The notes under the pieces are model-generated. The model worked only from the letters and a program-made list of their open reading frames with translations, did not search any database and was not told the origin of the DNA. A stretch of 64,000 bases of DNA, from contig CAVRAO010000008.1 of the NCBI GenBank assembly GCA_963719035.1, forward strand, positions 1 to 64,000. Reading direction: 5' to 3'. Within the stretch, counting starts at the first letter, position 1. Each line of letters starts with the position of its first letter. The position numbers and the translations under genes are program-made. This DNA comes from Methanobacteriota archaeon (GTDB lineage Archaea > Halobacteriota > Bog-38 > Methanoflorentales > Methanoflorentaceae). Shown in pieces: positions 62,434-64,000 of the stretch.

Positions 62434-63255
62434 CTAATCGAGGATGAATGGACTGACGTAAAGGCCATCGGTCCGTATGAGGCGCTTTATAGAATCCGCT
62501 TTAAACGGAATTTTCCATACTTTTTCCGAGTTATCCCATTGAGCTCCTGGAATTTGTTTTAAATTGGCCTCTATCTCATGGGTATCCCCTAATACCTTGA
62601 TCCATTTCTTATTGCGTGTTCCTACTGCCCACGTGTTGTGAGAAGAAGTGTTTAAACACTGCACAGTAGGATGGAGCACGACGCCACTGTCCTTCAGGCT
62701 TTCAATCGATTCTCGGTTGATCGGAAATCGCCACACCCGCGTCTCCTTATCCCAGTGTCCGCCCTTAATTGCACTCAGCCTATGACGCCGGCTAAGGGAA
62801 CTTCCGCGGACTATCAAAGTCGTAGAATCGTCGTCAAGTTCGCAAAGAAGCCTGTTCTCATCGTGGTGGTATTCGCGTTGTTGCTTCTTTGTCGCGTTTC
62901 TCTTGGATTCAAGATGATTGGGACCATTTTCTTGGTCATCGTTAGCCTTCTGAGTCTGACTTTCTTGCGAGGTGTTGAGCGTTTTTAGAGCGATCTTTGC
63001 ATGCAATTTCACGTCGTCGTACGCGTTCTGTGTCGCAGCTAGAACCAAAACATCGCGAGCTGATGAGTCCGCATCGCCTGAAGCAAGAGCAACCGCTTCC
63101 AGCGCATCAACTGCCTTGAATCGCTGGTGCTCGTTTTCGTCATTTAATGCCTTTAAAAGTACGTCAACTCTTCTATACCGAGTAAGGCGGTCGAAGTCGT
63201 ATTCACCCATCTTATCACTAGCGATTCTTCTTCTATCTTCGATGTACGGGAGCAA
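62434..63255 (-). CDS. HEAT-like N-terminus plus two HARP/DUF5710-like repeats
   Basis: IKGGHWDKETRVWRFP and IPGAQWDNSEKVWKIP repeats. Confidence 0.65.
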   Translation of the reverse strand: MLPYIEDRRRIASDKMGEYDFDRLTRYRRVDVLLKALNDENEHQRFKAVDALEAVALASGDADSSARDVLVLAATQNAYDDVKLHAKIALKTLNTSQESQTQKANDDQENGPNHLESKRNATKKQQREYHHDENRLLCELDDDSTTLIVRGSSLSRRHRLSAIKGGHWDKETRVWRFPINRESIESLKDSGVVLHPTVQCLNTSSHNTWAVGTRNKKWIKVLGDTHEIEANLKQIPGAQWDNSEKVWKIPFKADSIKRLIRTDGLYVSPFILD

Positions 63256-63395
63256 AATATAAATATTTACCTAAACAGTGCGCGCAATACGCTCATAAGC
63301 TATCTAAACGGCCTAGAACACGATATTGGATACCCAAGCACTCAACTAAATCTTGACTATTGTAGTTAACTCAAAAAGGCGCACACGTAGAGCTC

Positions 63396-63818
63396 CTAGT
63401 CGCGGCTTGAATTCGTTATATTATCCGCATCGGCGTTCGCTGCCAGGCGTTTATACAACTCTTCGGTTTTGTAATTGGGAAACGCCCATTCATCCTTTTC
63501 GATTGCGCGCATTTGTTCGCACTTTGCTTTGGCAGCCTTCAAAGCGCCGCGCCACGAACCATAATCTTTAATGGCTTTGTTGTAAACCTCAGGATGCTCC
63601 ATTTCAGCGCTGATTGCGGTCATATCGAATCGATTTCGATACAACGCAATAATGTCATCCACGATGTCAAAATTCAGCGCGGCTTCAAGTGCTCTATCGA
63701 GAGTCCCGTAAATTAACTCAGCTACAAGGGTCAGTTTCGGATTGTCATATAATCCGTCCACCCCAAGCTGTCTAATTTTCTCTCTTATAAATTTTTCAAG
63801 CTCCGCGTCAGACATCAA
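63396..63818 (-). CDS. hypothetical protein with a homing-endonuclease-associated repeat-like motif
   Basis: YGSWRGALKAA resembles the FGSW..AL.AAG repeat. Confidence 0.55.
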   Translation of the reverse strand: MMSDAELEKFIREKIRQLGVDGLYDNPKLTLVAELIYGTLDRALEAALNFDIVDDIIALYRNRFDMTAISAEMEHPEVYNKAIKDYGSWRGALKAAKAKCEQMRAIEKDEWAFPNYKTEELYKRLAANADADNITNSSRD

Positions 63819-64000
63819 GTCATAATGTAACGTATGAGTATAGAAGCATTACGGTGTTGAAAACGTATTTCTGCCTTGTTTAGCGCTTCAAACTTCACTT
63901 TCCAATTAACTGCTTACAGGGCGATAATTCACTCGCTTTCGCTTGTGTAGTCTCTTGCTGCTTCTAATGCTTTAATGAGCTCATCAAGGGTCGCCCGCGT

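Noticed and set aside
1-64000. CRISPR array, DGR/retron, IS transposase
   Set aside because: No regularly spaced repeats, and no reverse transcriptase or transposase motifs recognised in the ORF track.

Overview
Archaeal DNA from a methanogen. Evidence: ftr, mtd, the methanogenesis marker mtxX/Mmp4, TBP, Hef, archaeal-type GlyRS, and PGF-/PEF-CTERM proteins. A Halobacteriota (Methanomicrobia/Methanocellia-like) host is an inference. The window has two parts. (1) About 41-64 kb is mostly ordinary core chromosome: HEAT/TPR proteins, TRAM, DUF362, pyrE, hef, TrmO-FmdE fusion, copA, mtxX, Lrp, glyS, LigD phosphoesterase, ftr, mtd. The Hef lacks its nuclease core, and a hairpin array lies downstream of it. 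(2) About 1-41 kb is an extreme mosaic of short segments with abruptly changing base composition. It holds single cargo genes (stress, metal and redox functions, secreted proteins), gene crumbs, frameshifted genes and an in-frame chimera. No intact recombinase is present. However, the spacers repeatedly carry remnants, mostly unannotated, of two tyrosine recombinase families. These are four C-terminal tails of an SSV/pTN3-like integrase (HPLPEHVYDVY), two N-terminal halves that probably belong to the same integrase and run into tRNA-Val(CAC) att sequence (one is cut 2 nt after the anticodon loop), and three XerA-like C-terminal tails. My best candidate for an undescribed system is this integrase-tail-punctuated gene-capture island. 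All calls come from reading and translating by eye; no database searches were run.
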